In this document: piece by piece, positions 1 to 10,358 of the stretch | Numbering within the stretch: the first letter of the stretch is position 1 | Layout: every line of letters starts with the position of its first letter | Origin: a virus | Taxonomy: Duplodnaviria; Caudoviricetes | DNA: 64,000 bases | Virus record (IMG/VR): IMGVR_UViG_3300011531_000019 | Span: 3,421-67,420 of that record | Reading direction: 5' to 3' (one strand) | Notes under the pieces: model-generated | What the model was told of the DNA's origin: nothing | The model's input: the letters and a program-made list of their open reading frames with translations, nothing else | The model's database searches: none | Made by a program: the position numbers and the translations under genes

Positions 1-1242
1 ATGATGAGCGGCGTACGACCGATACTGATTCTCGGTGCGCCGCCGCAGCATGGTAAATCGGATATCGTTTCGCGTTACCTGCCAGCGTATTTCTTCGGAA
101 AATATCCTGAAATGCGCGTGGGCGCTTTGTCGTACTCCGCTGACCTTGCCGGGGACATGAACGCCGATGTTCAGCGCATTATGTCCACGCCGGAATACCG
201 CAACATATTTCCGGGTGCCTGGTTGGGAAATAAGCCGGCTGATGGTGTGGCCGTAAAGCGTAACACTGACGAATTCGGTATAGCCAACCATAAGGGAACG
301 TATGTCTGTGCGGGCGTAGGCGGCCCGTTAACAGGTAAGAAAATCGATCTCGGTATCATCGATGACCCGATAAAAAACGCCAAAGAAGCACTCAGCCCGA
401 CGACCAAAAAATCTATCTGGAACTGGTACGTTTCCACGTTTAAAACGCGTCTGTCGAAAAACAGCGGCGAAATCATCATGGCGACCCGCTGGGCGACGGA
501 TGACTTATCCGGGCGTGTAGTGGAAATCACGCCACGCGCTAAGGTGCTGGCGTTCCCTGCAATCAACGAGCAGGGTGAAGCGCTGGTGCCAGAGCTGCAC
601 CCAAAAGAAAAACTGCTCGAAACAAAAACCATTCTAGGGGATTACTTCTGGTCTGCGATGTATCAGCAGTCACCAAAACAGGCCGGCGGCTCAATCTTCA
701 AAGACGAGTGGATCAAGTATTACCTCCCGAAAGACTTGCCGACCAACTTCGATATTGTCGTCCATAGCTGGGATATGACCTTCAAAGACAGCGAGGGCAC
801 CGACTACGTTGTCGGGCAGGTATGGGGTAAAAAAGGCGCCAATGCTTATCTGCTTCACCAGGTGCGCGCGCGCATGAGCTTTACCGCAACACTCAAAGCC
901 GTTAAACGCATGGCCGACGAATACCCCAAAGGCCTGCGCAAGCTGGTGGAGGACAAAGCCAACGGACCGGCGGTTATTGATTCGCTGAAAAGCACCGTTG
1001 CGGGGCTTGTTCCTGTTGAACCGGACGGCAGCAAAGTTGCCCGTGCGCATGCGATCACCGCTGTATGGGAAGCGGGTAACGTTTTCCTTCCCCATAAAGA
1101 CATCGCACCGTGGATCACCGAGACGGTCGAGGAAATTACCACGTTCCCTGTCGGCGCGAACGATGACGTTGTCGATGCAATGACGCAGGGGCTACGCGAT
1201 TTGTATCAGAGAAAAACACTCAGCCCACTGGACATCATGTAA
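1..1242 (+). CDS. terL: Terminase large subunit (N-terminus probably outside the window)
   Basis: Walker A APPQHGKS, Walker B GIIDDP, C-terminal RNase H-like nuclease (SWDMTF, NDDVVDAMTQ). Confidence 0.93.
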   Translation: MMSGVRPILILGAPPQHGKSDIVSRYLPAYFFGKYPEMRVGALSYSADLAGDMNADVQRIMSTPEYRNIFPGAWLGNKPADGVAVKRNTDEFGIANHKGTYVCAGVGGPLTGKKIDLGIIDDPIKNAKEALSPTTKKSIWNWYVSTFKTRLSKNSGEIIMATRWATDDLSGRVVEITPRAKVLAFPAINEQGEALVPELHPKEKLLETKTILGDYFWSAMYQQSPKQAGGSIFKDEWIKYYLPKDLPTNFDIVVHSWDMTFKDSEGTDYVVGQVWGKKGANAYLLHQVRARMSFTATLKAVKRMADEYPKGLRKLVEDKANGPAVIDSLKSTVAGLVPVEPDGSKVARAHAITAVWEAGNVFLPHKDIAPWITETVEEITTFPVGANDDVVDAMTQGLRDLYQRKTLSPLDIM

Positions 1243-2585
1243 TGACGAAAAAAAATATCGTTGGTCGTCTGAATGATGGCCTGGTCAGCTTAATGACTTC
1301 GCTCGGCGAGAAGATTGGCGCGGTGCGGTACAGCAGCAGTAAGCGCGACATACCGGATAGAGAACTACTAGCGATGTATAAACAATCGTGGGTAGTGAAA
1401 AAGTACATCAACAAAACAGCGGATGACATGCTCAAACTGCCCCGCAAGTTTTCGGGCGACGTTGATAGCTCAATAACTCAACGCATTGCTGATGCTGAGA
1501 AAGAGCTGAAACTGAATGCCGTCTTTCACAGCGCACTGGGGTGGGCATCCCTGCTGGGTGATTCGTTAATCGTGGCTATCACTGATTGTGCTGACGAGCA
1601 GATCGCCTCTCCCCTCAATTTGCAAAACGAAGATATCGTTAAGTTCCTGGTGTTTCGTAAGGGGGAGTACACGCCGGACAGCAACATCATTAGTGATATT
1701 CGCTCAGATAATTTTGGTGAACCGCTGACCTATCAACTGGATGTTGGTTCAAAGCAGCTTAAGTTTCATCATTCCCGTTGCTGCCGGACAAAGCTTGGCA
1801 AGCATAGCCTTAAGGATCGCGTGAAGTTCGGCACGTCAGACCTGCAGGCTCCTTATGAGCACATCAAAACCTTCGACACTGCAATTCTGAGCACCGGCGA
1901 CACCATCCAGGAGGCTAACGTTGACGTGTTGTTTATACCGGGAATGAATGACCAGATTGCAGGCGGTCAGGAAAGCCAGGTACGCGAGTACGCCAGGGTG
2001 ATGAAGGAAACTAAATCCTCTACCGGGCTGCTGCTGATTGATGCTGGCGACGGGCAGACGCAAGGGCGCTATGAGCAGAAGAACGCGCAATTCACTGGCT
2101 TGTCGGACGTTATCAGCAAAATGGCGATTGTGCTGGCCGGGGCGCTGGACAGGCCAATAACGATCCTGTTCGGTCAGGCGGCCAGTGGATTCAGTAGTGG
2201 CGAAGAAGACAACAAAGCTTACTACGAAACGATTAACGGGCTTCAGGAGTCCCGCCTGCGGCCAATGCAGGAGTTCACCGACAAGTTCATTCTGGACAAG
2301 CTTTCTGTGACTCAAGCCCTCGCGTATGAATATCCCACGATAGACAGCATAAATGAGACGGAAGAGGCGACGCGGTTCAGCCAGTACGCAACGGGGTTCA
2401 ATACGCTGGTGACGTCGGCAATCGTGACGGAAGAAGTCGCAATCAGAGAGATGATTAACCGAGGCGTGCTGAAGACGGTCACCGAAGAAGAAATTAAGGG
2501 GATCGTCAGCACTGGCGGTGATTCTGGTTCATGGGGTGCTTATGGAACTAAAACTGCTGCTGGAGCGCCAGCAGGGGCGGCGTAA
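1242..2585 (+). CDS. Portal protein (DUF1073-like)
   Basis: 447 aa directly after terminase; P..LFGQ..SGF.SGE.D...YY..I...QE motif typical of this portal family. Confidence 0.85.
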   Translation: MTKKNIVGRLNDGLVSLMTSLGEKIGAVRYSSSKRDIPDRELLAMYKQSWVVKKYINKTADDMLKLPRKFSGDVDSSITQRIADAEKELKLNAVFHSALGWASLLGDSLIVAITDCADEQIASPLNLQNEDIVKFLVFRKGEYTPDSNIISDIRSDNFGEPLTYQLDVGSKQLKFHHSRCCRTKLGKHSLKDRVKFGTSDLQAPYEHIKTFDTAILSTGDTIQEANVDVLFIPGMNDQIAGGQESQVREYARVMKETKSSTGLLLIDAGDGQTQGRYEQKNAQFTGLSDVISKMAIVLAGALDRPITILFGQAASGFSSGEEDNKAYYETINGLQESRLRPMQEFTDKFILDKLSVTQALAYEYPTIDSINETEEATRFSQYATGFNTLVTSAIVTEEVAIREMINRGVLKTVTEEEIKGIVSTGGDSGSWGAYGTKTAAGAPAGAA

Positions 2586-3393
2586 GCCTCGCCGCCGGAG
2601 GATGCGCCCCCCAACACCGAGTAAGCGCGCTGAGGTCTGGTACCGGGATCGGCTTACAGAGTTCATTGACGGAATGGTTCAGGCCTACATTGAAGAGCTG
2701 GACAAGCCTACCCTTACTGATGCACCTGATACCACTCCGCTGTCTGTTACGGCGCGACTTGCCGCTGTCATGCAGCGCCTGGCGAGCATTTCCATCAAAG
2801 AAGTCGCCGCCAGGCTCTCTGCCGGGTTCGTCGCGCGCGCGAACTTTCAGAACAAAGAACAGACGCAGCGCACTTTCTTCCAGGCTTTTGGAATCGACCT
2901 TACCGGCTTGCTCGGCGATGGAGCGATAAAGCCGGAAATGGAAAAGGCGGTAAGTGACAACGTTGATCTGATCACCTCCATCCATACCGATTTTATCCAC
3001 GATATCGGCGAAGCGGTTTTCGCCAATATGAAGGACGGCGGCCGCCATGAAAACCTGATCGACATAATCATAGAGCGCGGAGGAGTTACCCGAAGCCGTG
3101 CGAAATTCATCGCGCGCGACCAGACATCAAAACTTAACGCTGACTTCACAGAAGCCCGGAACGTTGCACTGGGACTTGATATTTACGAGTGGGGCGGCAC
3201 AGGGGATGAGCGTGAAAGGGACAGCCATTTAGTGCTTAACGGCATGCTCTGTAAATACTCCGACCCGACAGTCTATTCAGACGACGGCGGCAAGACCTGG
3301 AAGAAGCGAACAACCATCGGGGCATTTATCGGCAAACCTGGTGAGGATTACCAGTGCCGGTGCCTCGCTCTCCCTTACGTCTCATGGGATTAA
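2542..3393 (+). CDS. Minor head morphogenesis protein (SPP1 gp7/Mu gpF-like)
   Basis: FIARDQTSK, W...D...R..H and PGEDYQCRC motifs; start taken at the ATG of MELKLL. Confidence 0.88.
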   Translation: MELKLLLERQQGRRKPRRRRMRPPTPSKRAEVWYRDRLTEFIDGMVQAYIEELDKPTLTDAPDTTPLSVTARLAAVMQRLASISIKEVAARLSAGFVARANFQNKEQTQRTFFQAFGIDLTGLLGDGAIKPEMEKAVSDNVDLITSIHTDFIHDIGEAVFANMKDGGRHENLIDIIIERGGVTRSRAKFIARDQTSKLNADFTEARNVALGLDIYEWGGTGDERERDSHLVLNGMLCKYSDPTVYSDDGGKTWKKRTTIGAFIGKPGEDYQCRCLALPYVSWD

Positions 3394-3396
3394 TTT

Positions 3397-4545
3397 ATGA
3401 AGTGGAAACGAACACCGCAGGGGTACGTGATTACCACTGCGACGATAACCCGTGCCGGGCCGATTGAGTATTACGGCCACGAACTCGGGTTAACCGGCAG
3501 CGATGCCAACAAAAAAATCACCGTTATCCGCACCCTCGACGAACTGTCAAAACCCGAAACACTCGCTTCCTTCAACGGCCTCCCGTTCACCATTACTCAC
3601 CCCGATGACGGGGAGGTGACCGCTGCAGACCATAAAGACAAGGCATCTGGTCACATTGCTAACACACGCATCGAAGGTGGTGAGGTGGTTTGCGACGTTT
3701 ATCTGACTGATGCCGCAGCAATCGAGACGCTCGAGGAGACGGGGATACGTGAGGTTTCAGTGGGGTATGAGCCTGCGGAGCTGGTGGAGCGTGGCGGGAA
3801 GTTTTACCACATTAACATTCGCGGCAATCACGTCGCGGGCGTGGCAGAGGGGCGTTACGGGCCTCAGTGTAAGTTAAACGACAAAAAAGGTAAGCCAATG
3901 TTCAAAACATTAACTGATGCCCTGCGTTTCCTGAAGGGCAAAAAACTCAAGGATGCGGAAGGCGCCGCGCTAACTCCTGATGAACTGGTCGGAATGATCG
4001 CCGCACTGGAAAAAGCTCTGGAGGATTTGAGTGTCCAGGGAACAGAAGAAGCGACGGCGCAGGCTCAGGAAGTGCTGGCGCAACTCGCAGACCTCAAGAA
4101 ACAACTGGAAGGCATGACCGGGGCGCCGGTGACCACAGATGAAGATCCCGGTACTGCTGGTGGCGATGACAAGGACACGAAAATCGCTGCGCTTGAAACC
4201 GAAAACGCCGATCTAAAAGCGAAGATTAAGGCGCTGGAAGACGAGCTTGAACAACTGAAATCTGGCAATGAAGCCAGCACTACGCTTGCTGACGCAAAAG
4301 CCCGATTCCCGAAAGTTAATTTCAACGATGCCAAATCAGCGCGTGACGTTCGCGCCGCTGTTCTGGTGAGCACTAAGGCATTTAACGATGCCCAGGTCAA
4401 AACAATGACCGATAGCGAAGTACGTGCGGCTTACGCAGCCATTCAGGCGACCTCTAAGCCGCGTAGTGAAATCGGTGCTCACCTGCTCAATGACTCCTCG
4501 AAACAAAGCACCAAAACCGCAACTCAACGCCTTGGGGGTAAATAA
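3397..4545 (+). CDS. DUF2213-type prohead protease/scaffold protein
   Basis: EVSVGY and GNHVA.V..GR.G motifs, then an acidic coiled-coil scaffold-like region. Confidence 0.82.
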   Translation: MKWKRTPQGYVITTATITRAGPIEYYGHELGLTGSDANKKITVIRTLDELSKPETLASFNGLPFTITHPDDGEVTAADHKDKASGHIANTRIEGGEVVCDVYLTDAAAIETLEETGIREVSVGYEPAELVERGGKFYHINIRGNHVAGVAEGRYGPQCKLNDKKGKPMFKTLTDALRFLKGKKLKDAEGAALTPDELVGMIAALEKALEDLSVQGTEEATAQAQEVLAQLADLKKQLEGMTGAPVTTDEDPGTAGGDDKDTKIAALETENADLKAKIKALEDELEQLKSGNEASTTLADAKARFPKVNFNDAKSARDVRAAVLVSTKAFNDAQVKTMTDSEVRAAYAAIQATSKPRSEIGAHLLNDSSKQSTKTATQRLGGK

Positions 4546-4547
4546 TC

Positions 4548-5027
4548 ATGGCATTTGGATTCACTGACTGGGACGGTGCCAGCGGCACCATTAAACCGGG
4601 TTCCATCAAACGCGCATCCAGCTCCAACGATAAGGTCTGGGGCGAAGAGAACCGCACCGAAATCGCGCTGCCATACGGCACGTTTGTCGCCGTCAATCCT
4701 GAGGGTGGCGTGATGCCACTGGCGGCAGGGACACGTATCCACGGGATTGTGGTTCGTGACATTTATGGCGACGCCGCACCGCACAACAAGCAGGTAAACG
4801 TCGGACATTTTTCCCATGGTGATTGCGTGGGCGCGCTTACGGTTGAAGACGCTGATTTTGCCCGCGGCGACACGGCGTACATCGTTGCAACCGGGGCGGA
4901 TGCCGGAAAGGTCACCAATGAGGCGGCTGGCAATATCGATCTGGGTTACTGGGTTGAAGACGTGAGCACAGGCAACAACTGCGTTGCTATCACCCTGGGT
5001 TACGTACAACAAACGGCGGGAGTATAA
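4548..5027 (+). CDS. Head decoration/cement protein
   Basis: 159 aa beta-rich protein between scaffold and capsid genes. Confidence 0.65.
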   Translation: MAFGFTDWDGASGTIKPGSIKRASSSNDKVWGEENRTEIALPYGTFVAVNPEGGVMPLAAGTRIHGIVVRDIYGDAAPHNKQVNVGHFSHGDCVGALTVEDADFARGDTAYIVATGADAGKVTNEAAGNIDLGYWVEDVSTGNNCVAITLGYVQQTAGV

Positions 5028-5030
5028 CCA

Positions 5031-6002
5031 ATGCCAATGGAAGCCGCAGAATTTGAAGAAGTGCTGCAGGAAGCGCTGACTGAGCGTGATATGCAGCTGC
5101 AGGAAAAAGAGCTGCCGGAAATCAATATCGGTGAGGCCATTCCGGTGAAAGAGGGCCTGGATTTCTCGCTGGAATATGTTGATTTCGGCGTGTCCGAAGT
5201 GGTCGGTTCGGTTAAAGACGGCATTATCGGCAATAAAACCAACAGTCTGAAAACCATCGACAGCGAAATCGAATGGCTGAAAGCACCTGTTGGCCAGTGG
5301 GCTAAAGCAGCCACCTGGACACAGCAGGAGCTGGAAAAGATTGCCCGCCTGAATATCAGTTTGCAGTCCAAAAAGCAGGACGACCTTTATGCCAACGCCC
5401 TGGCCACCATTCAGTATGCAGGTTATGTCGGTCACCAGGGGGTAAAAGGTCAGGAAGGGCTGTTGACGGGCAAGAACGTCCAGTTAATTACTGATACCAG
5501 CAACAAAACCATTGCGGACATGAGCTCTGACGAGTTCGTTAAGCTGGTCCTGGATGCCTATAATGTCGCCTGGCGCAAATCCAGCTACCGCATTCAGCCA
5601 ACGAATATCGCTATGGATGCCAGCGATTTTATGCTCACCATGCAGAAGTTTGACCCGAACCCCATCATTGTCGGCACTGACATGCTGCCGATTGCGGCGA
5701 TGGATCGCATCATGGCAGCGCTGCGCAAAGCCTCCGGCAACGAGTCCTTTAACATCTCGTTCGTCAAAGTGCCAAGCAATTACGCAGTCGGCATTAAGGC
5801 AGGTAAAACGCGGATGGCGGTATACACCTACGAATCGGATTACGTGGAAATGGAAGTTCACATGCCGGAACTACTTGCCGTACGGCAGCGCGATCTGCTG
5901 ACCTATGAGTGCGGATATCGCTCAGCCTTTGGTGGCGCTATGTGGAAACAGCCGCAGTCCGCTGTTTATGTCGATTACAAATCCTCACCGGCACCGCAGT
6001 AA
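5031..6002 (+). CDS. Major capsid protein (DUF2184-like)
   Basis: 323 aa, position in head module, G....G..GLL motif, HK97-like size. Confidence 0.8.
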   Translation: MPMEAAEFEEVLQEALTERDMQLQEKELPEINIGEAIPVKEGLDFSLEYVDFGVSEVVGSVKDGIIGNKTNSLKTIDSEIEWLKAPVGQWAKAATWTQQELEKIARLNISLQSKKQDDLYANALATIQYAGYVGHQGVKGQEGLLTGKNVQLITDTSNKTIADMSSDEFVKLVLDAYNVAWRKSSYRIQPTNIAMDASDFMLTMQKFDPNPIIVGTDMLPIAAMDRIMAALRKASGNESFNISFVKVPSNYAVGIKAGKTRMAVYTYESDYVEMEVHMPELLAVRQRDLLTYECGYRSAFGGAMWKQPQSAVYVDYKSSPAPQ

Positions 6003-6016
6003 TCAAAGGGGGTAGC

Positions 6017-6379
6017 ATGGAATTCAAAACACGTTACCCCGAATTTGCCAGCACCTCACCTGAACGCATCTCAGGCGCGCTACAGGATGCAGAAAACCAG
6101 ATGAGCCGCAAAGTATGGAACAAGCTCTATGAGCAAGGGCTTCATGCTTTAGCGGCGCATTTGCTGTACACCTCCGGTGCGCTTAGCCCGTCAGGAAGTC
6201 ATCATGGTAAGCCCACCCAGGCAATCTTAAACCGCGCTGTCGCAGGTGTGTCGGTGGGCTACTCTGCGCCGGACGCAGGTCTGGGCACAAACCATGGCGG
6301 CTTCGGATCCAGCAGTTACGGCCAGGAGTATTTACGGCTGCGTAAGCTGGTGGGCGTGCATGTGCTGGCTATTCGGTAA
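6017..6379 (+). CDS. Head-tail adaptor (DUF4054-like)
   Basis: F..RYPEF N-terminus, LAAHLL, S.YGQEY..L C-terminus; start at ATG 6017 after a GGGGG RBS. Confidence 0.78.
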   Translation: MEFKTRYPEFASTSPERISGALQDAENQMSRKVWNKLYEQGLHALAAHLLYTSGALSPSGSHHGKPTQAILNRAVAGVSVGYSAPDAGLGTNHGGFGSSSYGQEYLRLRKLVGVHVLAIR

Positions 6380-6398
6380 TGAACGGGAGTGATTTTTT

Positions 6399-6971
6399 AT
6401 GACTCCTGAAGAAACGCTAAAAATCACCACTGAATACCTGAAGAACCTGGAAGCGATGAAAACGCATTACGTCGCCGTAGGGTTGCCGGCTGGCAAGGTG
6501 GGAAACAAAACCAATGACGATGGGACATCAATAATCGAGATTGGGGCGGCGCACGAATTCGGCGCTGAAATCGATCACCCTGGTGGTACCGGGTATATGG
6601 CAACCGGTGGAAAAGCTACTTTTACCCGTAATACGTTCATGGGGCCAGTTAGCGGCTTTACAGCAGCTCACAAGATAACCATTCCCGAACGTTCCTTTCT
6701 TCGCGCTCCCTTCACCCTCAAAAAGTCGGAAATTAACCGGGCAATCGAAAAGGCATGTGAAGCCGTAGGTTCCGGGCGAATGGATGCTGACACCGCTTTA
6801 AATTTGATAGGCGCGACGGCGCGAAATATCAGCGTGAAGGCCTTTGAGACCGCCGGGTATGGCACGTGGCCAGATATCACTGCTGCAACTAAAAAGGCAA
6901 AAGGATCGTCTGCGCCGTTAATCGATACAGGCGCCCTGCGCGGTGCCATAACGTGGGAGGTTCGTAAGTGA
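6399..6971 (+). CDS. Neck/tail-completion protein
   Basis: HEFG, IPERSFLR and PLIDTG.LR..IT motifs. Confidence 0.72.
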   Translation: MTPEETLKITTEYLKNLEAMKTHYVAVGLPAGKVGNKTNDDGTSIIEIGAAHEFGAEIDHPGGTGYMATGGKATFTRNTFMGPVSGFTAAHKITIPERSFLRAPFTLKKSEINRAIEKACEAVGSGRMDADTALNLIGATARNISVKAFETAGYGTWPDITAATKKAKGSSAPLIDTGALRGAITWEVRK

Positions 6972-7324
6972 GCGATTTATCAGACCTTGATATGAGCGAC
7001 GCGCTAATCGGCTGGGAGCGGCCCGTAAAACTCAAAACCAGAACTGAAATCACCATTGATTTTGAACCGACGGTAATCGTCACTAGCAAGGACATTCTCG
7101 CGGTGGTGCAGAGCGCCAACAAAGAAAACCTGACGATGGATAGCCTGGACTGGTCGAAAGAGTATTTGCTTATCCACGCACGGCTGAAAATCGAAACAGG
7201 CCAGTACATCGAAAAAGATGGACGGGACTATAAAGTCGTCTCGCCAGCGGATTATATGGACTACGGCTTTTGCGCTGTTATTGCCGAGGAAACAAAACTT
7301 CCGCTACTGGTTCCAGCGCCATGA
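6968..7324 (+). CDS. Head-closure/neck protein
   Basis: 118 aa, overlapping start/stop codons within the neck module. Confidence 0.6.
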   Translation: MSDLSDLDMSDALIGWERPVKLKTRTEITIDFEPTVIVTSKDILAVVQSANKENLTMDSLDWSKEYLLIHARLKIETGQYIEKDGRDYKVVSPADYMDYGFCAVIAEETKLPLLVPAP

Positions 7325-7809
7325 TCCAGCCGCATCTTAAGGCTGTGGCGCGCTTTGTGCGCGATCTCCTGGGTTATGACGAGCAGCTTATTAAATTCGA
7401 CCGCAGGAACATTCAGGCCTCCGATTTCTCTACCAGCTACATCGTTGTTAATGGCTCGCTCCCCCAGTCGGTTCTGGCGCGCGGACAACGATTCAACGGT
7501 GCAACGGAAGTGATGACATACACCGCCTCGGTGAGTCATTCGATTGTGCTCGAGTTCTGGGGGGACAATGCCGGGGCCAACGCAGAAGCCTTTCTGATGT
7601 TGAGTGAGAGCCAGCGCGCTAACGAACTACGGCGCACGCATACCCTGACTATCATGGCCGTTTCAAATATCACCGATGTCGGGCAACTACTCGGCCAGTC
7701 CCACGGCAACCGCATTCACCTCAGCTTCAACGTTCAGTATGCGCCGGCGCACGACGTACAGACTCTGCGTATCGACACGCCGGAATTTCAATTTTTAGAG
7801 GATAAGTAA
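7321..7809 (+). CDS. Tail terminator/neck protein
   Basis: Immediately precedes sheath; ATG at 7321 overlaps the previous stop. Confidence 0.55.
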   Translation: MIQPHLKAVARFVRDLLGYDEQLIKFDRRNIQASDFSTSYIVVNGSLPQSVLARGQRFNGATEVMTYTASVSHSIVLEFWGDNAGANAEAFLMLSESQRANELRRTHTLTIMAVSNITDVGQLLGQSHGNRIHLSFNVQYAPAHDVQTLRIDTPEFQFLEDK

Positions 7810-9312
7810 ATGCCTGCTTCAATCAACAACGTCATTAACGTGACTCTTCTGGAAGAAGGACGGGCGGCCGCGCGCGATAACATCAACGTCTGCGCCATTA
7901 TGACCAGCCAGCCAGGGGTACTCAGCTCCGCCGAACGCTGGCGCTCCTATAAATCGCCGTCAGCGGTAGAGCAGGACTGGGGGGCGTCTTCAGTAACTGC
8001 GGCTTTTGCAAACGCATTTTTTGGAACAAGCCCAAACCCGGTATCAGCAGGTGGTACGCTGATAATTGGCTACTGGAATGCAGCGGGCGACACGTTGCCA
8101 GCTACCGCCGGTAATCTGCGTGGCGCTGAAATATCGCAGGCCGCGATCCTTTCAGCATTACGCGGGCATGACGACTGGTCGTTCACCATCGAAATAGATG
8201 GCGTAGAGCTTGATGTGACAGGGATTGATGGCACGTCCGCGGCGACACTATCCGATGTTATTTCTCAGGTTCAGGCGTCTATCACCCCTACCATTGCCTC
8301 GGTGGTATTTGATGGTGCCCGTATCACTATTACCAGTAAAACGACGGGCGCAGGATCATCAGTAGGCTTCCCGGTTGCCGCTTCAGAAGGTACGTTCATT
8401 GGCGATTTGCTGGCGATTGCCTCCGGATCTGGCGCAGTGAAAAATGACGGCGCCGCTCCCGTGCCAGTTCCACCGGAAACACAGCTTGAAGCCGTCAGCC
8501 GTCTTAAGGCGCTGGTAAATGTTAAAGGGATTGCTTTCATCGACAAAATTATCGATGCGCAGGTGCCGTTAATCGCCTCCTGGGCTAAAGCGAATGCAGT
8601 GATCGTCTATGAGACGTTTACCGGTGCCGCAGCTCTGGAGGTTGACCCGACTAACCCAGCGTGGGCGATAACACTCGCCAGCCAGAGCAATTTCCGCATG
8701 CTCTACAGCAAGGCTGGTAACCGGAAATTCGGCGTCAGTTATATGGCGCGTACGCACACCGTTAATTTTAATGGCGAACGCACGGCCATCACGCTGCATC
8801 TGAAAACGATGAATGTCCCGGCTGAGGATTACAGTCAGACGGAAATCGACAAGGCAAAACGCGTGGGCCTGGACATTTACACCACGATCAAAGATGTCCC
8901 GTGCGTTCTGACCAGCGGCGCGAATGATTTTGTGGATAACGTTTATAACCTCATGGCCTATGTGGACGCGGTGCAGACCGACTCTTTCAATCTGCTGAAA
9001 ACCACGCCAACCAAGGTGCCGCAGACCTACTACGGTGTTGACCAGCTTGAAGATTGCGCGGAGAAAACCACTCGCGGGTTTGTGCGTGCCGGCGTCTTTA
9101 ATCCCGGCACCTGGACGCTTCCGGATTTCTTCGGTGATCGCGATATGTTCCTGCGCAATATCGAACAGAACGGATTTTACGTCCTGGCCGGTGACCTGAA
9201 AGACCAGTCAACCGCAGACCGCCAGGAGCGTAAGTCACCGGTGCTGCAAATCGCTGTTAAGAATGCCGGCGCCGTGCACAGCGAAGACATCATTATTAAT
9301 TTCAACAAGTAA
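7810..9312 (+). CDS. Tail sheath protein (DUF3383-like)
   Basis: 500 aa; FFG.SP.P...GG.L.IG.W N-terminal motif; C-terminal QS.ADR..RKSP...IAVK..GAVH. Confidence 0.85.
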   Translation: MPASINNVINVTLLEEGRAAARDNINVCAIMTSQPGVLSSAERWRSYKSPSAVEQDWGASSVTAAFANAFFGTSPNPVSAGGTLIIGYWNAAGDTLPATAGNLRGAEISQAAILSALRGHDDWSFTIEIDGVELDVTGIDGTSAATLSDVISQVQASITPTIASVVFDGARITITSKTTGAGSSVGFPVAASEGTFIGDLLAIASGSGAVKNDGAAPVPVPPETQLEAVSRLKALVNVKGIAFIDKIIDAQVPLIASWAKANAVIVYETFTGAAALEVDPTNPAWAITLASQSNFRMLYSKAGNRKFGVSYMARTHTVNFNGERTAITLHLKTMNVPAEDYSQTEIDKAKRVGLDIYTTIKDVPCVLTSGANDFVDNVYNLMAYVDAVQTDSFNLLKTTPTKVPQTYYGVDQLEDCAEKTTRGFVRAGVFNPGTWTLPDFFGDRDMFLRNIEQNGFYVLAGDLKDQSTADRQERKSPVLQIAVKNAGAVHSEDIIINFNK

Positions 9313-9322
9313 GGAGCGGTAA

Positions 9323-9754
9323 ATGTCTCAGATTGTTATCAGCGCAGATACCGCCACTATCGTGCTTAACGGGCGAATCATTACGGATATCGCGGCGGGG
9401 GATTACGTCACGCTGACGCCATCAAATGCGTTAACCAGCCGCGCCAACAGTGCCCAGAATGGTGTGACCATTTCCCGGCGCGTGGATGCGGGCGTGCATG
9501 TGATGGTGATACGCGTCCAGAAGTTTTCGAACGATGATGTGTGGCTTAACCAGCAGCGTAACGCGGCTATTCCGGTAATTATCAACGGTTCTATTAAAGA
9601 GTCGTTTGTGCGGGATGGTGCAGCGCTGAAGGAAACCTACGATCTACAGGCTGGCTCTTTCACTACTCAGCCGACCCAGACCAAAAACAACCAGGACGCT
9701 AACGCACTCATGGAATACACCATTGAGTATCGCAACGTCGTGCGTAACGTATAG
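9323..9754 (+). CDS. Tail tube protein (DUF3277-like)
   Basis: 143 aa directly after sheath. Confidence 0.7.
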   Translation: MSQIVISADTATIVLNGRIITDIAAGDYVTLTPSNALTSRANSAQNGVTISRRVDAGVHVMVIRVQKFSNDDVWLNQQRNAAIPVIINGSIKESFVRDGAALKETYDLQAGSFTTQPTQTKNNQDANALMEYTIEYRNVVRNV

Positions 9755-9762
9755 GGACAATC

Positions 9763-10191
9763 ATGGCTAAAGAACAGCAGAATAAAGAGCAACAGGAAAA
9801 AGCGCTTGCGATGATCAAGGCCGTATACGACGACGGCTTTGCAGAAATTAACGGCAACCGCTACGACTTCGCTGCAATGACACATAAAAAACGCCGTAAA
9901 GTTTTCGCGTTTTTTACCAGCATTGCAGGTGAGCTTACACATCAGTCCATGGCGTTTCTGGACACCGATCGTTTTGATGAAATTGAACGCCTGATGTTTG
10001 ACTACGTGTTGTATGACGGGGTGCAGTTGTCAAAGCAGCCGGAACACTTCGAATCTTTCCCGGGTGATTACATCATGCTAATCACAACCGCGCTTCAGGT
10101 TATCAGCCTGCCTTTTATGGGCGGGAGCAATATGAACTCACGTTCAGAAGCTCCAGACGTTCAGAAATATACGTTAAATCATCGAACATAA
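9763..10191 (+). CDS. Tail assembly chaperone
   Basis: Position between tube and tape measure genes. Confidence 0.7.
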   Translation: MAKEQQNKEQQEKALAMIKAVYDDGFAEINGNRYDFAAMTHKKRRKVFAFFTSIAGELTHQSMAFLDTDRFDEIERLMFDYVLYDGVQLSKQPEHFESFPGDYIMLITTALQVISLPFMGGSNMNSRSEAPDVQKYTLNHRT

Positions 10192-10199
10192 GTGACGAC

Positions 10200-10358
10200 A
10201 TGAGTATGTATCTGGCGCTCTCAAAGGCCGGATACGGTCCCTATCATGAACTTGTCAAATTAGACACACCAGAGCTGTTTGACATGCTTGAGTTCGAGAA
10301 TATCAGCGCGGATATCCAGCATCACGAAGCGGAGAAGGCCCGTAATGGCAATAGTTAA
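10200..10358 (+). CDS. Second tail chaperone ORF (MSMYLALSKAGYG...), probably the -1 frame extension of 9763..10191; not in the ORF track
   Basis: Translated by hand: the -1 frame is open from 10068 to TAA at 10356-10358. Confidence 0.6.
   Translation: MSMYLALSKAGYGPYHELVKLDTPELFDMLEFENISADIQHHEAEKARNGNS

Noticed and set aside
1242-2585. Anti-CBASS Acb1 label sometimes attached to this portal family
   Set aside because: Position and size are those of a portal; no pair of HxT/S 2H-phosphoesterase motifs recognised
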